IMG/VR virus record: IMGVR_UViG_3300032050_000027
Source of the DNA: an uncultured virus (IMG/VR IMGVR_UViG_3300032050_000027)
Taxonomy: Duplodnaviria > Heunggongvirae > Uroviricota > Caudoviricetes
Length of the DNA stretch: 61,361 nucleotides
Direction: 5' to 3' (one strand)
Part shown: piece after piece, positions 60,234 to 61,361 of the stretch
How the letters are laid out: each line of letters starts with the position of its first letter
Numbering within the stretch: position 1 is the first letter of the stretch
Position numbers and translations under genes: made by a program
Notes under the pieces: model-generated
The model's database searches: none
Seen by the model: the letters and a program-made list of their open reading frames with translations, nothing else
Told to the model about the DNA's origin: nothing

Positions 60234-61143
60234 ATCCTTCTTGAACATCAACCCGGGGATCAAAGCCTAATACTTGTCTGGCCTTGTCGATATTTAGTGC
60301 GCCACGGCTGGGAAAGTCTGCGTCTTTGTCTTTTACTTCTATTGAGCCCGAGCCCACAATGTCAACCACCATTTGGGCGGCCTGGAGGAGTGAGACTGAA
60401 TGAGATTTAGTGATATTGTAAGTGTCGTTCGCAGCACCCACTTCCAATGCAGCCGCCACAATGCCATCCGCAGCGTCATCAACATAGGTAAAGTCAAGAG
60501 TCTCTCCCGCTCCGTTGACATTGAGAACTTGACCACGCATGGCTCGGAGCATAAATTTTGCCACAACACGATCTTCAACATCCAACGGACCGTATACCGC
60601 TGAGGGGCGTATAATAACATATTCCATTCCTGTTCGACGAGCATAATCTTTTACCAGCCATTCTCCTGCAAGTTTCATGATGCCGTATTGTCCAATTGGA
60701 TTGCACGGAGCATCCTCAGTTACCTGATCGTCGAAGTCTCCGTACACCATTGAGCTTGAGATGTACACAAAGCGTCTAACACCGTATCTTTTGGCACTCT
60801 CAAGAACGTTGATCAGGCCACGCATCATTACATCAGCGCCGTGTGCAGGATTGGCGTTGACAACTTTCTGACGTGGAAATGAGGCCATATGGACAATCAC
60901 TTCAGGCTGTTGAACTCTGATCACATAGTCAATGGTGTCCGCAGTTTCAATTGAGGCTGCATACAAAGGATGCCGATCAATCTTGACGGCTCGTTCTTCC
61001 ATCAAGTAGTCTAATTCGGCCTGTGGAATAATGCCATAGTTGGTTTTGTTGTCAATGATGCTGACTGTGTGACCCTGGCGTTTGAGCCTTTGCACCACAT
61101 TGTGTCCAATTAGGCCGTAGCCACCAGTTGTTAGTATTTTCAT
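60175..61143 (-). CDS. NAD-dependent NDP-sugar epimerase/dehydratase (extended SDR)
   Basis: MKILTTGGYGLIG, YISSSMVYG, YGIMK (YxxxK), RPSAVYGP, DFTYVDD. Likely start 61143 (ATGA overlap). Confidence 0.92.
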   Translation of the reverse strand: MKILTTGGYGLIGHNVVQRLKRQGHTVSIIDNKTNYGIIPQAELDYLMEERAVKIDRHPLYAASIETADTIDYVIRVQQPEVIVHMASFPRQKVVNANPAHGADVMMRGLINVLESAKRYGVRRFVYISSSMVYGDFDDQVTEDAPCNPIGQYGIMKLAGEWLVKDYARRTGMEYVIIRPSAVYGPLDVEDRVVAKFMLRAMRGQVLNVNGAGETLDFTYVDDAADGIVAAALEVGAANDTYNITKSHSVSLLQAAQMVVDIVGSGSIEVKDKDADFPSRGALNIDKARQVLGFDPRVDVQEGFENYYHWLNNSVYWSPQAV

Positions 61144-61361
61144 TTGTTTCTCCACTTCATTTGATACCACATATAGACTCGTTCGTCCATTATGGTAAAG
61201 TTGCCTGCTCTACTGTAGTCCCAAAAACGCCCATTGATATATTGTCCTGGATAGCCATAAGTTTCGATCAACCAACGCTCTTGCTCTATAGTATGCACAC
61301 CTTTGTGTTTGTACAGTGTCATTGGCACAAACTTTTCACCATCCCATACCTGCTTGCGCAC
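61140..61361 (-). CDS. Hypothetical protein, probably 5'-truncated by the window edge
   Basis: Open frame to the window end; its stop overlaps the epimerase ATG. Confidence 0.55.
   Translation of the reverse strand: MRKQVWDGEKFVPMTLYKHKGVHTIEQERWLIETYGYPGQYINGRFWDYSRAGNFTIMDERVYMWYQMKWRNK

Noticed and set aside
32214..61143. Cluster as bacterial contamination or a host LPS locus
   Set aside because: It is contiguous with the phage tail genes, with similar composition and overlap style; no wzx/wzy/ABC export genes or integration boundary were seen. A chimeric assembly cannot be fully excluded without reads.
1..61361. tRNA, rRNA, introns, inteins or homing endonucleases
   Set aside because: Intergenic gaps are too small and no such motifs were recognised by eye; a covariance-model scan was not possible.

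Overview
This window is from a large T4-related (myovirus-type, probably jumbo) bacteriophage genome read in the standard genetic code. It has three parts. (1) Left end, minus strand: a gp55-like late sigma factor followed by the gp47/gp46 (Mre11/Rad50-like) recombination nuclease. (2) 2.5-32.2 kb, plus strand: a baseplate/tail module with gp53-, gp5-, gp25- and gp6-like genes, a 4900-aa giant wedge/fibre protein and a tail fibre with a C-terminal chaperone-like domain, preceded by T4-type ATAAATA late promoters. (3) 32.2-61.4 kb: a ~29-kb, tightly overlapping biosynthetic cluster. It holds three GT-A-like genes, five paralogous GT10-like ('EK..KP...F...DESYD') proteins interleaved with five N-terminal-twitch radical SAM enzymes, and three SGNH-type proteins. 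It also holds a TctC/Bug periplasmic binding protein, an AMP-dependent ligase, an O-carbamoyltransferase with a small 'PFIY' peptide, a 2OG-Fe(II) oxygenase, an amidinotransferase, a DegT aminotransferase, an NDP-sugar epimerase/dehydratase, and a 1199-aa repeat-expanded, DxD-less GT-A derivative on the opposite strand. This cluster is the best candidate for an undescribed system: a phage-encoded pathway making a heavily tailored amino-sugar glycan, possibly for the virion, the host surface or DNA. All family assignments are from motif recognition by eye, not database searches.
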